Below, piece by piece: positions 27,807-36,711 of a stretch of 38,985 nucleotides of DNA. The translations under genes and the position numbers were made by a program. The stretch is from NCBI GenBank assembly GCA_016650355.1, contig JAENVX010000083.1, positions 1 through 38,985 of the forward strand, given 5' to 3'. The DNA is from Bacteroidia bacterium (lineage in GTDB: Bacteria; Bacteroidota; Bacteroidia; Cytophagales; Cyclobacteriaceae). The notes below the pieces were generated by a model. It was not told the DNA's origin. It saw only the letters and a program-made list of their open reading frames with translations, and did no database searches. Position 1 is the stretch's first letter, and every line of letters starts with the position of its first letter.

Positions 27807-28499
27807 TTATACATACTTAAATATTGTGTACAAAATCTTGTATCCTGCCAGTATGGTTCCTTTAACAGTTCCAGAAATTTTTGAAACCCCAATACGTTTA
27901 CGATACTTCACAGGTACCTCCACACAATTCAAACCCATTTTTGCTGCTTTCAGTTGCATCTCTACCGTCCAACCATACGTTTTGTCTTGCATATCCAATT
28001 CCAATAGCCTGGCAAATTTAATTGCACGGAACGGACCGAGATCTGTAAATTTCGCTTTATAGAATATTTTTAAAAGTCGCGTAGCCAACCAATTACCAAA
28101 AATCTGTTGAGGAGTCATTGAGCCATTCTCTTTATTTCCCAGGGCACGAGAACCAATAACCATATCTGCACCGTTCTTGACAATCGGTTTGATTAACTCA
28201 GGTATTTCCTCCGGATAATCGGAATGATCGGCATCCAAAAAAATAACTATATCAGTATGGGGAAATGTTTGTTGAACATATTCAATGCCCTTCAGACAAG
28301 CACGGCCATAACCAGGAACTATTTCACCAAGCACCGTTGCACCAGCTTCCTTCGCAATTTTTTCAGTATTATCCGTTGAGGCATTATTAACAACTATGAT
28401 TTCTGAAACAATATCTCTGGGGATTTCTCTGATTACTTCACCAACACCATTTTCTTCATTGAAGGCAGGGATAATTACAACTGTTCTAATTGATTTCAA
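27807..28499 (-). CDS. GT2 glycosyltransferase, DPM1-like (putative polyprenol-phosphate sugar synthase)
   Basis: IIPAFNEE, STDNT, GYG, LDADHS, VIGSR, TDLGPFRAI, SKISGT; TTG 28499 preferred over 28676. Confidence 0.87.
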   Translation of the reverse strand: MKSIRTVVIIPAFNEENGVGEVIREIPRDIVSEIIVVNNASTDNTEKIAKEAGATVLGEIVPGYGRACLKGIEYVQQTFPHTDIVIFLDADHSDYPEEIPELIKPIVKNGADMVIGSRALGNKENGSMTPQQIFGNWLATRLLKIFYKAKFTDLGPFRAIKFARLLELDMQDKTYGWTVEMQLKAAKMGLNCVEVPVKYRKRIGVSKISGTVKGTILAGYKILYTIFKYV

Positions 28500-28810
28500 A
28501 AGATATGTATTTAAAAATCGAAAATACCTTAAAAAAATGGGACTGACTCGTTTATTGAAAACGGGTATCGGTACCTCACTACGCATCAAGATTAACACAC
28601 ACAAATCTTCTCCGCGAATGCGGCCTACCGGAAATTGAACGATTTGTCTTTCTAAGACATTGCTCAACACTCGCACTTATCAACCATTAGATTGATTTAC
28701 CAAAATCTTAGTTTATCCACATAATACCTTGGTTTTGATCATTCCTGGCATAAAGGAAATTATTAACAGCAAGTCGAATTGGAATAGACGGATTAAGTTC
28801 TAAATTATGT

Positions 28811-29521
28811 ATGAATTCTACAATAATGCGCGTCAGGTATATTTCCAATCTCCTGTGTGTATTTGCTATCAGCCTCCCGAGCTTTCGTGCCGCAGGCCAA
28901 ACCAGGATGTTTTTTTCCGTTGGCACGAACGTAAATACGGAACTCACGGCAAGCCCAAACCTGAGCCTTGGGATTTCGAACAATTCCATTTCAACCGGAT
29001 CTTATACGACTGAATACAATTGGGGTAAATATCTTCGCTTTGACTTTACAATTGAGAAAAGATTTTTTGGCCCCTACTATTGGCTTACTGGATTAAAAAT
29101 AAACCAGACGGGTTACGATTACAAAGAGTCGGTATACACGAGTACTCTCCGAAATGTCTATTTGTCGATGCCGCTATTGGCGCGGATTAACTTGAACAAT
29201 GCAAACTCGGTGTACCTTGATATAGGACTGCTTCAAAATTATTTAGCCTATTCCCATTTAAAAGAAAGTTTTCAACAATCCGTTGCAAGTCAAAATATTG
29301 GTACACATCTTTCTCGATTTTCCACATGCCTTTATTTTGAATTAGGAGTAGCCTTTGGACGATTGGGGATGCATATGTTTATTCAATCTAAGGCATTTGG
29401 CTCATCAAAAGATTTTGCAGACAGTTGGGGACTTGATCGAAATAGATCATTATTCCTTTTATATTATCACAACTATTCCTTTAAAAGCAATGGCATGCTA
29501 CTAACCTATCGCCTTCGCTAA
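28811..29521 (+). CDS. Putative small outer-membrane beta-barrel protein (PorT/OmpA-barrel-like)
   Basis: Signal-like N-terminus ending AAG-Q (alternative ATG 28826), YLSMPL, alternating strands, C-terminal LLTYRLR. Confidence 0.55.
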   Translation: MNSTIMRVRYISNLLCVFAISLPSFRAAGQTRMFFSVGTNVNTELTASPNLSLGISNNSISTGSYTTEYNWGKYLRFDFTIEKRFFGPYYWLTGLKINQTGYDYKESVYTSTLRNVYLSMPLLARINLNNANSVYLDIGLLQNYLAYSHLKESFQQSVASQNIGTHLSRFSTCLYFELGVAFGRLGMHMFIQSKAFGSSKDFADSWGLDRNRSLFLLYYHNYSFKSNGMLLTYRLR

Positions 29522-31992
29522 TGAAGAAATTATACCTAATCCTAGTTTTAGCAATCAGTCTATCTTCGATAAGCTTTGCCCAAAACTATGTAGGTGACCA
29601 ATCACAGCTCATCAATCTAAATGAAGAGATCTTAACAATCCTTGGTCGGGGTGATAGTTCTATTAGAACGAATAATTTCCTTTACGCTGAAAAATATTTT
29701 ATAGAAGCATGCGCTTATACTGATACGCTTATACTCTTCGTTTCAGGGCATAGAAATTCTTCGTCTTATTCATTTTCTCGAAAGAAAATTCAGGGATATG
29801 TCCATGCGTATGAAAAACTGGCACAGCTCTATCAGATGGCAGGGAATCTTAGAAAATCTGAGGAACTATTCATAAAGGCTATTAAACAAAGGCAACTACT
29901 ATTTAGTGAGCGAAGTGTATATCGGATTTCTCCCTATCTCGGGCTTGGCCAACTTTATTTTCAGTCGGAAGACTTTGATAAAGCATTGGATTACTTCAAT
30001 CAGGGCAGTTTATTACTGGATCGGGCAAGTACCACCAATTTTAATTATGACGTACTTCGATATCAGCTTTATGGATTTCAATTCGAAACAAATCTTCAAA
30101 AAGGAAGATTCAAAGAGGCCTTTCTCTTTCTTCAACGTTATTTTTATGCCCTTAACACCATCTACCCCACAAACGAGCAAATTGCTACTGCCTTTGAAAA
30201 GAAGGCACGATACTTTTTACTAACAGGAAATACAGTCAAGACTGATTATTACCTTCACCGCGCAGAGAAATTTCTCCCAACAAATTCTGTCACTTTTTCT
30301 ATCGCAGAAGTTCATTTTTTACGCACCAAGAGTTTACGCTTCTGGCATCATCATAATTTTGATTCTGCGGTACACACGTTTGAAAAGCTTCTTCATGTAT
30401 ACAAAACAAATATTGAAAAGAATTTTTCTGCGCTCAGCGAATACGAGCGAGAGCAATTTTATGTAACCTTAAAGAAGGATTTCGATTTGTTTAACTCTTT
30501 TGTTGTTGATTTTATATATATGGGTAGTGCTTCGCCTGCCATGATGGCCTTGCTATATAATACACAACTCTTTACAAAAGCTCTTTTATTGAACGAAATA
30601 ACCAAATTGAAAAGAGCAATTGATGGAAGTCATGATCCTGAACTAACGGCAAAAGTGGCGACATGGCAAAACTTAAAAGAGCAAGTAGCTAATTTATATT
30701 ACACCGATCGAAAAGCTTCAGCCGCAATCAATGAACTCGGAGAACAAATTAACTCGATCGAAAAAGATATTAACCAAAAAACAAACTACCTAATCAAAAC
30801 AGGTGAAGATGTTCAGTGGCAGCAAATCCAAAACCACCTAAAAGAAGGGGAAGCTGCTCTCGAGATTATTAGAACTAAAAAGTTTCATATTGATTCCATT
30901 CAACAAAAAGGAATTCAATTTTCGAATGAAGTTCAATACCTGGTGCTGTATATTCAACCAAAGAGTTTAGGCCCTGAGGGGTTTCTATTATCTCAGAGTA
31001 CCGGCCTTGAGACTAAATATATATCTAACTACAGAAATTGCATCCTTCACCAACTTACCGATACTCTTTCTTACAACTTATATTGGAAACCCATTCTAAA
31101 TCATCTGCCCTCTTGTAATACATTTTTTCTTTCTTCGGATGGTGTTTATAACCAACTAAATCCAAACGTATTACAAAATCCAGTGTCCGGTAAATATGTG
31201 TTGGATGAACTTAATGTTTTTTCCGTCACCAATACGAAAGATATTTTGCAAAGCGAGGGGGGAGCTACGATGCAAACAGCTTGTCTTTTTGGAAGGCCAG
31301 ATTATTCGGGAAATATAACTTCAAAGTCTGAAAAACTCATTGTGAACAAAAGCTTAAGGGCTCTTAGTGATCGCGAGATGTTGAATTTTACAGATCAGGA
31401 GTTTAGCGATCTGCCCGGTACAGAGACAGAAGTTGAATCAATAACAGATATCTTAGACGCAAGACAATGGGAGACCCATACATTCATCAATGAAAATGCC
31501 ACGGAGGGCAATATTAAGGCGTTGCAATCACCCACAGTTCTTCACATCGCTACTCACGGCTTCTTTCTGGAAGATGATGGGAGTCACGTCAACTCTATGA
31601 TACGTTCTGGAATTCTGTTAAGCGGCATTAAAAATCGTTCCGCTCAAGATACTCAAGACGGGATTCTTACCGCCTATGAGGCTACCAACCTTACCCTTGA
31701 AAATACAAATCTTGTGGTCCTTTCAGCCTGCGAGACAGGGCTTGGGGAAATCAAAAATGGAGAAGGGGTTTACGGACTTCAGCGAGGATTGAAAGTAGCA
31801 GGAGCAAAAAATCTGCTAATGTCTTTTTGGAAAGTGGATGATCATGCAACAGCAGACCTCATGATCAATTTTTATCAGAACTGGCTTAGTGGGCAGCCTA
31901 TTCACAAAGCGTTTAAAGAAGCACAAATAAAATTGAGAAAGAAATATGAAAGTCCTTTTTATTGGGGTGCATTTATTTTGATCGGAAACTGA
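29521..31992 (+). CDS. Exported TPR-CHAT (caspase-like) protease
   Basis: Signal peptide SFA-Q; TPR-like helices (LAQLYQMAGNLRKSEELF, LGQLYFQSEDFDKALDYF); CHAT dyad HIATHGFF and LSACETGLG; YWGAFILIG. Confidence 0.9.
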   Translation: MKKLYLILVLAISLSSISFAQNYVGDQSQLINLNEEILTILGRGDSSIRTNNFLYAEKYFIEACAYTDTLILFVSGHRNSSSYSFSRKKIQGYVHAYEKLAQLYQMAGNLRKSEELFIKAIKQRQLLFSERSVYRISPYLGLGQLYFQSEDFDKALDYFNQGSLLLDRASTTNFNYDVLRYQLYGFQFETNLQKGRFKEAFLFLQRYFYALNTIYPTNEQIATAFEKKARYFLLTGNTVKTDYYLHRAEKFLPTNSVTFSIAEVHFLRTKSLRFWHHHNFDSAVHTFEKLLHVYKTNIEKNFSALSEYEREQFYVTLKKDFDLFNSFVVDFIYMGSASPAMMALLYNTQLFTKALLLNEITKLKRAIDGSHDPELTAKVATWQNLKEQVANLYYTDRKASAAINELGEQINSIEKDINQKTNYLIKTGEDVQWQQIQNHLKEGEAALEIIRTKKFHIDSIQQKGIQFSNEVQYLVLYIQPKSLGPEGFLLSQSTGLETKYISNYRNCILHQLTDTLSYNLYWKPILNHLPSCNTFFLSSDGVYNQLNPNVLQNPVSGKYVLDELNVFSVTNTKDILQSEGGATMQTACLFGRPDYSGNITSKSEKLIVNKSLRALSDREMLNFTDQEFSDLPGTETEVESITDILDARQWETHTFINENATEGNIKALQSPTVLHIATHGFFLEDDGSHVNSMIRSGILLSGIKNRSAQDTQDGILTAYEATNLTLENTNLVVLSACETGLGEIKNGEGVYGLQRGLKVAGAKNLLMSFWKVDDHATADLMINFYQNWLSGQPIHKAFKEAQIKLRKKYESPFYWGAFILIGN

Positions 31993-31999
31993 TTTGCTT

Positions 32000-32758
32000 A
32001 TGAAATCATTCATTGGCCTTATCGTGTACAGTCTTATCCTTTCCGCTAATGGACAGATCAAACTTAATCTATCTATACAAACTCCACCTATCAATGATGC
32101 TGTTTTCAATGGAAAGTTTTTGAAAGCCTATCAGCTGTATGAATATAGTAGTCAAAGAAATTTCATTTCACCTGGAATCGAATTTGATAATTTGTTCCTT
32201 CGCGGAACGGACGATTTTAAACTTCACGGCAGTCTTGGCTTTTATTACGCTAGCTCTGATTTTATTGGAGTTTATGGAAATTATGACCAAAACCAACTAG
32301 TCTCGGAAATTAAAACTAAGGTAATTAACATACCTTTTTTTGTACGAGGATCAATTAAAATAAGTGAATTGATCGACAACAACCGCATGGGTATTGAACT
32401 TGGAGTTGTAACCACCGCTTGGATTAAATATGATCTAAGTGAGATTGCGTCAATTAAATCCTTGGACGTGGATGGTAATGTGAATGGAGAAACAATTTAC
32501 CAAGACCGGAGAAACCTGGTAGATGGACTCGGAGACAAACTAACCTATAAGGCAGTTGGAGGAGTGTTTGTGTATGTAAATAGATTTTACCTAAGTTTCA
32601 GGATGGATCTTTATTCGATTGGTGATTTATACGTTCATCGAGTAAATCAAGCCTGGAATATTCCTGCGAAATATTCGTTCTACCAACTTTCCCATAAAGA
32701 AGGTAGAATGAAACGAACCTATTCAAGTATTACCTTGTCGTTCCGATTAACGCGGTAG
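32000..32758 (+). CDS. Putative outer-membrane beta-barrel protein
   Basis: Signal peptide ANG-Q, INIPFF, amphipathic strands, C-terminal ITLSFRLTR. Confidence 0.55.
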   Translation: MKSFIGLIVYSLILSANGQIKLNLSIQTPPINDAVFNGKFLKAYQLYEYSSQRNFISPGIEFDNLFLRGTDDFKLHGSLGFYYASSDFIGVYGNYDQNQLVSEIKTKVINIPFFVRGSIKISELIDNNRMGIELGVVTTAWIKYDLSEIASIKSLDVDGNVNGETIYQDRRNLVDGLGDKLTYKAVGGVFVYVNRFYLSFRMDLYSIGDLYVHRVNQAWNIPAKYSFYQLSHKEGRMKRTYSSITLSFRLTR

Positions 32759-32778
32759 TATTTTTTAATCGACCACTT

Positions 32779-34548
32779 TTATGTATTGTTACCAATTAAT
32801 ATTGGCTTTCCAAATCTTCCCTCTTCACCCGTTACTTCCAAGTTTAATACCCCACGCGGGCAAACGGAAGAACATACACCGCACCCTACGCATGAAGAGC
32901 GCACAATATTCTGACCGCGTTGCGCATACCACCGCACATCAATTCCCATTTCGCAATAGGTGGAACAATTGCCACATGAAATACATTGACCTCCGTTTGT
33001 GGTGATTCTGAATCTTGACTTATACCGTTGAACTATTCCCAAGTAAGCAGCCAGCGGACATCCGAACCGGCACCACATTCTGTTACCCATTAAAGGATAA
33101 AAACCAGTGCCTACTACCCCGGCAAATATAGCACCAATAAAAGCTCCATATACTTCTCGGAGTTGGTACGTATCAAAAAACAAAAACCACGATGCATTTG
33201 TGAAATACGTGTATAAAACACCAGCTGTCATTACAATAGCAAATACAAGCACACCGTGGATCATCCAGCGCTCAATTTTCCATGCGCGCAGCTTTTTATT
33301 TGAAAGTTGACGATAAGGGTCTCCCAGCGTTTCGGCCAAACCACCGCAGCCACATACCCACGAACAATACCATCGCTTGCCAAAGAAATAAACTAAAACA
33401 GGAACGGCAATAATGATTAGCGCAATGCCCCATACCAACATAAAAATTCCTAATCCTCCATTAGCCAACAGGGTATCTAGTCGATTATCAAAAAAGAAAG
33501 AATAATCCAATGGCCAAATATTTTTAAAATCAAAATAAGGTTGATTAAGCCGAATCATAATCTCAGGAATGAGAAACGCAAAGGAGGTTTGGAAAAACAT
33601 CACTGAACACGTGCGCAAAATTTGATATTTACTATGTCGGTAGTTAATGATCATACGTACACCCATAACCAATATGCAGAGCGTGTATATAAATCCGTAT
33701 AGAAAGAAGCGACTTGCTTCGTTGCCGCTCAACAGTTTACTCACTGGGTCAACCATCAGTACCCAGTTGGTCATGTACTCTGGGTAGAAATAAAGCAAAA
33801 CATAAAATGCAATCAGCCATGTTCCTGTTAGGATGCCGAGCCATTGCACATTTTTCATCACGTTAAAAAAGATGCCGTTGTTCTTTATTCCAGTAGGCAA
33901 TTGAAGCTTGGGAAGGATATAAAGCATACCGCCAAGTACACACAATCCAATAGTTAAAAAGAGAATAAGTACCGGATTGCTCTTTACCGGCCCGAGAGAA
34001 GATTTTTTTGTAAGCGAATACTTCAAATCGCGTATGGCATAGCGATCGAAACCAAACAGACTTACTATGGCATATTCATTTAGCTTTTCTGAAACAGAAA
34101 GAAGCTGGGTTTTTAATTCGTCTGAAGACGAAAATTGTTGACCCTCGAGCCAACCTCCATAATCCTTAAATAACTTATTTTTTTGTTTGGAAATTTCTCC
34201 AGCATTCGAAAATACCAAATCAACCGCGGCTAGTGAAAATTTATTATCCGGACTATCCTTTGCAAGGGCATTAATCTCTTCATCAGTTATTCCATATAAT
34301 GTTAGGTAATGACTATTCGCAGTGACAAAGTACTTATCCAGTTTTGATACAAATTCAAAATTTGATTTAATCGGTTGGTTTTGAATTTCTTTGCTTTCTG
34401 TAATAAACAAATCTGCTTTGCCGGCATCTGAAACCTGACTTTTAATAATGGCCGGAGTAAGTTCGTAGCTTGACCAAAAGAAGGAAATATTAAAAAGGAT
34501 AAAGCCAGTAATAAACAGGAAGAGACCAAATATTTTAAGTGCTTTCAT
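32779..34548 (-). CDS. Polytopic membrane 4Fe-4S ferredoxin protein (NapH/MauN-like)
   Basis: RWYCSWVCGCG, RMWCRFGCP, CISCGNCSTYC and CVGCGVCSSVCP motifs, multiple TM helices. Confidence 0.88.
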   Translation of the reverse strand: MKALKIFGLFLFITGFILFNISFFWSSYELTPAIIKSQVSDAGKADLFITESKEIQNQPIKSNFEFVSKLDKYFVTANSHYLTLYGITDEEINALAKDSPDNKFSLAAVDLVFSNAGEISKQKNKLFKDYGGWLEGQQFSSSDELKTQLLSVSEKLNEYAIVSLFGFDRYAIRDLKYSLTKKSSLGPVKSNPVLILFLTIGLCVLGGMLYILPKLQLPTGIKNNGIFFNVMKNVQWLGILTGTWLIAFYVLLYFYPEYMTNWVLMVDPVSKLLSGNEASRFFLYGFIYTLCILVMGVRMIINYRHSKYQILRTCSVMFFQTSFAFLIPEIMIRLNQPYFDFKNIWPLDYSFFFDNRLDTLLANGGLGIFMLVWGIALIIIAVPVLVYFFGKRWYCSWVCGCGGLAETLGDPYRQLSNKKLRAWKIERWMIHGVLVFAIVMTAGVLYTYFTNASWFLFFDTYQLREVYGAFIGAIFAGVVGTGFYPLMGNRMWCRFGCPLAAYLGIVQRYKSRFRITTNGGQCISCGNCSTYCEMGIDVRWYAQRGQNIVRSSCVGCGVCSSVCPRGVLNLEVTGEEGRFGKPILIGNNT

Positions 34549-34552
34549 CTGT

Positions 34553-35836
34553 CTATTGGCTAATTAACTGTTCTCTATACTTTGCTTGTATTTCCAATTC
34601 ATGATGATCAAAAAATTCCGGATCAAAATTCGCCTCTTCTAAATGGTTTATCACATACTCAATATTCTTCTTTTCTCTAATCCATTTATCAAAACACTCG
34701 TGGCGCATTCGGATGCCAAACGTATTTAATCCAATAAATTCATCAGTATATCTATCCCATACAACATGCACACATTTCAGCCCGCTAATATGTTCCCAAT
34801 AAAAATCGATTTCATTCTCCTTTAGCAAATTACCCACAGTGCCATAGGTCTGATACTCGATATCAAAAAATTTGGCTGAGTTAAACCACGGACCAGGCTC
34901 ATACTTGGTTTTGTCACCACAGATAGTTTGAGCTACCACTTCACCCATCATGCGACCGGTGTACCAAACTTGCTCAATATTTCTGCGGCCAGGCAAATCA
35001 TACTTTCGCTCGACACAATCACCCAACGCGTATACATCAGATATATTCGTTTCTAAAAATTCATTAACTAATATACCTCTCTTAGTTTCGATACCTGAGT
35101 CTTTAAGAAATTCTATATTAGGGGAAACACCTACAGTCAATCCTACAAACTGACATTCAATCGTCTCACCTGTATTTGTCACGATTGATGTTACGCGGCC
35201 ATTGTCGCCATGTATTTCTTTCAGTTCAGTTTCCAATTTCAAATCCACATGATGCGTGCGAATGTGGCGACTAATCATATTGGCTTCCTGTGCCGGAAGT
35301 ACATTATCCCAAAACTCAGTTTCACGCACTAAAAAAGTAACTTCAATTTTTCTACTCAGTAGCATTTCAGCCATCTCTATGCCGATTAGACCCCCACCTA
35401 CTATTACAGCGCGATTAATGCCCTTCGTATTTTTCTCCATGAGTTCAAGATCAGGATACCCGTATAGGCCTTGAACACCTTGTAAATCCTGCCCGGGCCA
35501 ACCAAACTTATTTGATTTCGAACCAGTAGCAAGAATCAGCTTGTCGTAGGATATAGACTTACCGGATTGAAGTGACAATGATTTTGTGTGAATATCTACT
35601 TTGGAAACCTGATCTCGTACAAGGTCAATCTTGTTTTTCTTCCAGAACCAATCTTCATAGGGCTTGGTGTGTTCATATTTCATGTGGCCCATATATACAT
35701 ACATGAGTGCTGTGCGAGAAAAGAAATGTTCTGTTTCGGCAGAAATTACAGTAACGCGATAATTACTACGTTTGCGAACATGCCTTGCAGCTGTTATGCC
35801 TGAGATTCCATTCCCAATTATGACCAAATGCTTCAT
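34553..35836 (-). CDS. FAD/NAD(P)-dependent oxidoreductase (rubredoxin/ferredoxin reductase-like)
   Basis: IIGNGISG, LILATGS, VGGGLIGIEMAE, YALGDC. Confidence 0.9.
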   Translation of the reverse strand: MKHLVIIGNGISGITAARHVRKRSNYRVTVISAETEHFFSRTALMYVYMGHMKYEHTKPYEDWFWKKNKIDLVRDQVSKVDIHTKSLSLQSGKSISYDKLILATGSKSNKFGWPGQDLQGVQGLYGYPDLELMEKNTKGINRAVIVGGGLIGIEMAEMLLSRKIEVTFLVRETEFWDNVLPAQEANMISRHIRTHHVDLKLETELKEIHGDNGRVTSIVTNTGETIECQFVGLTVGVSPNIEFLKDSGIETKRGILVNEFLETNISDVYALGDCVERKYDLPGRRNIEQVWYTGRMMGEVVAQTICGDKTKYEPGPWFNSAKFFDIEYQTYGTVGNLLKENEIDFYWEHISGLKCVHVVWDRYTDEFIGLNTFGIRMRHECFDKWIREKKNIEYVINHLEEANFDPEFFDHHELEIQAKYREQLISQ

Positions 35837-35891
35837 AAATTCTGGTTACTATTCCGCAATATCAAAAATCAACATCCCAGTTCTAGCAGGT

Positions 35892-35907
35892 TGTCACTCA
35901 CTTGACA
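35892..35907. promoter_or_regulatory. Crp-family (CooA-type) operator TGTCA-N6-TGACA
   Basis: Perfect half-site symmetry TGTCA-ctcact-TGACA in the divergent oxidoreductase/DUF547 promoter region. Confidence 0.65.
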
Positions 35908-35988
35908 GATCAAGGTACCAATTAGAATTTACTTTGTTTTAACAACATTCTAAACCCACTAATTTTTCAGTAGCTTAAGAGATTGCTT

Positions 35989-36708
35989 ATGATGAAAGCC
36001 AAAATTCTAACTATTGCATTTTACTTCACTGGATTGTCTGGCAATTCAGCTGATGTGAAATCATTTATTTCTTCAGCCGATATCTTCCTCAAAAAATATG
36101 TAAGTAATGGACAAGTATCTTATTCCAAAATCAAAGAGAATAGTATAGAAATAGAGGCCCTGTATAGGCAAATAGGAGATGCAGATCTAAACAGGCTTGA
36201 TGAGAATTCAAAAAAAGCATTTTATATAAACGCGTACAACCTTATTTCAATTTATTGGGTAACCATGAACCATCCAATAAAATCGCCCATGGATGTAAAT
36301 GGTTTTTTTGACAAGGTTGAACATACTGTTGCTACAGAACAGTTAACTTTGAATGATCTGGAGAAAAATAAATTATTGGCGCCATATAAAGATGCAAGGC
36401 TTCATTTTGTATTGGTGTGCGCAGCCAGAAGTTGTCCTCCCCTTCCCAGCTGTGCTTTTGAACCTAACATACTGGATAAGCAACTAACTGAACGGGCAAC
36501 TCTTGCCTTAAATGACAAGGAATGGATAAAAGTATATGCTGTCCAAAAAAAAGTAGAGCTGTCTAAAATTTTCGATTGGTACAAAGCTGATTTTACAGCA
36601 GATGGCAAAACTTTGCTGGATTGGATCAATCAATACAGAAAAATAAAAATACCTAACTCCTATTTGGTGAGCTACTATGAATATGATTGGGCATTGAATG
36701 CGAAGTAA
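35989..36708 (+). CDS. DUF547 domain protein
   Basis: AFYINAYN, TLNDLE, DARLHFVLVCAARSCP, SKIFDWY..DF, YDWALN. Confidence 0.9.
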   Translation: MMKAKILTIAFYFTGLSGNSADVKSFISSADIFLKKYVSNGQVSYSKIKENSIEIEALYRQIGDADLNRLDENSKKAFYINAYNLISIYWVTMNHPIKSPMDVNGFFDKVEHTVATEQLTLNDLEKNKLLAPYKDARLHFVLVCAARSCPPLPSCAFEPNILDKQLTERATLALNDKEWIKVYAVQKKVELSKIFDWYKADFTADGKTLLDWINQYRKIKIPNSYLVSYYEYDWALNAK

Positions 36709-36711
36709 ATC

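Noticed and set aside
28500-28676. 59-aa N-terminal extension of the DPM1-like GT2
   Set aside because: No domain-like character; the GT2 fold begins right after TTG 28499 and the region looks like promoter DNA.
29521-31992. CHAT protease as part of a type III-E CRISPR or gasdermin system
   Set aside because: No repeat-spacer array, cas gene or gasdermin-like ORF in the window, and the protein has an export signal.
28500-32778. CHAT cassette as a mobile element
   Set aside because: No transposase, integrase, terminal repeats or target duplication seen; insertion is inferred only from orientation.
23734-36708. Selenocysteine (TGA) read-through in the rSAM/selenodomain-associated cluster
   Set aside because: Motif cysteines are ordinary Cys codons and the ORFs look full length; I saw no TGA interrupting a domain.
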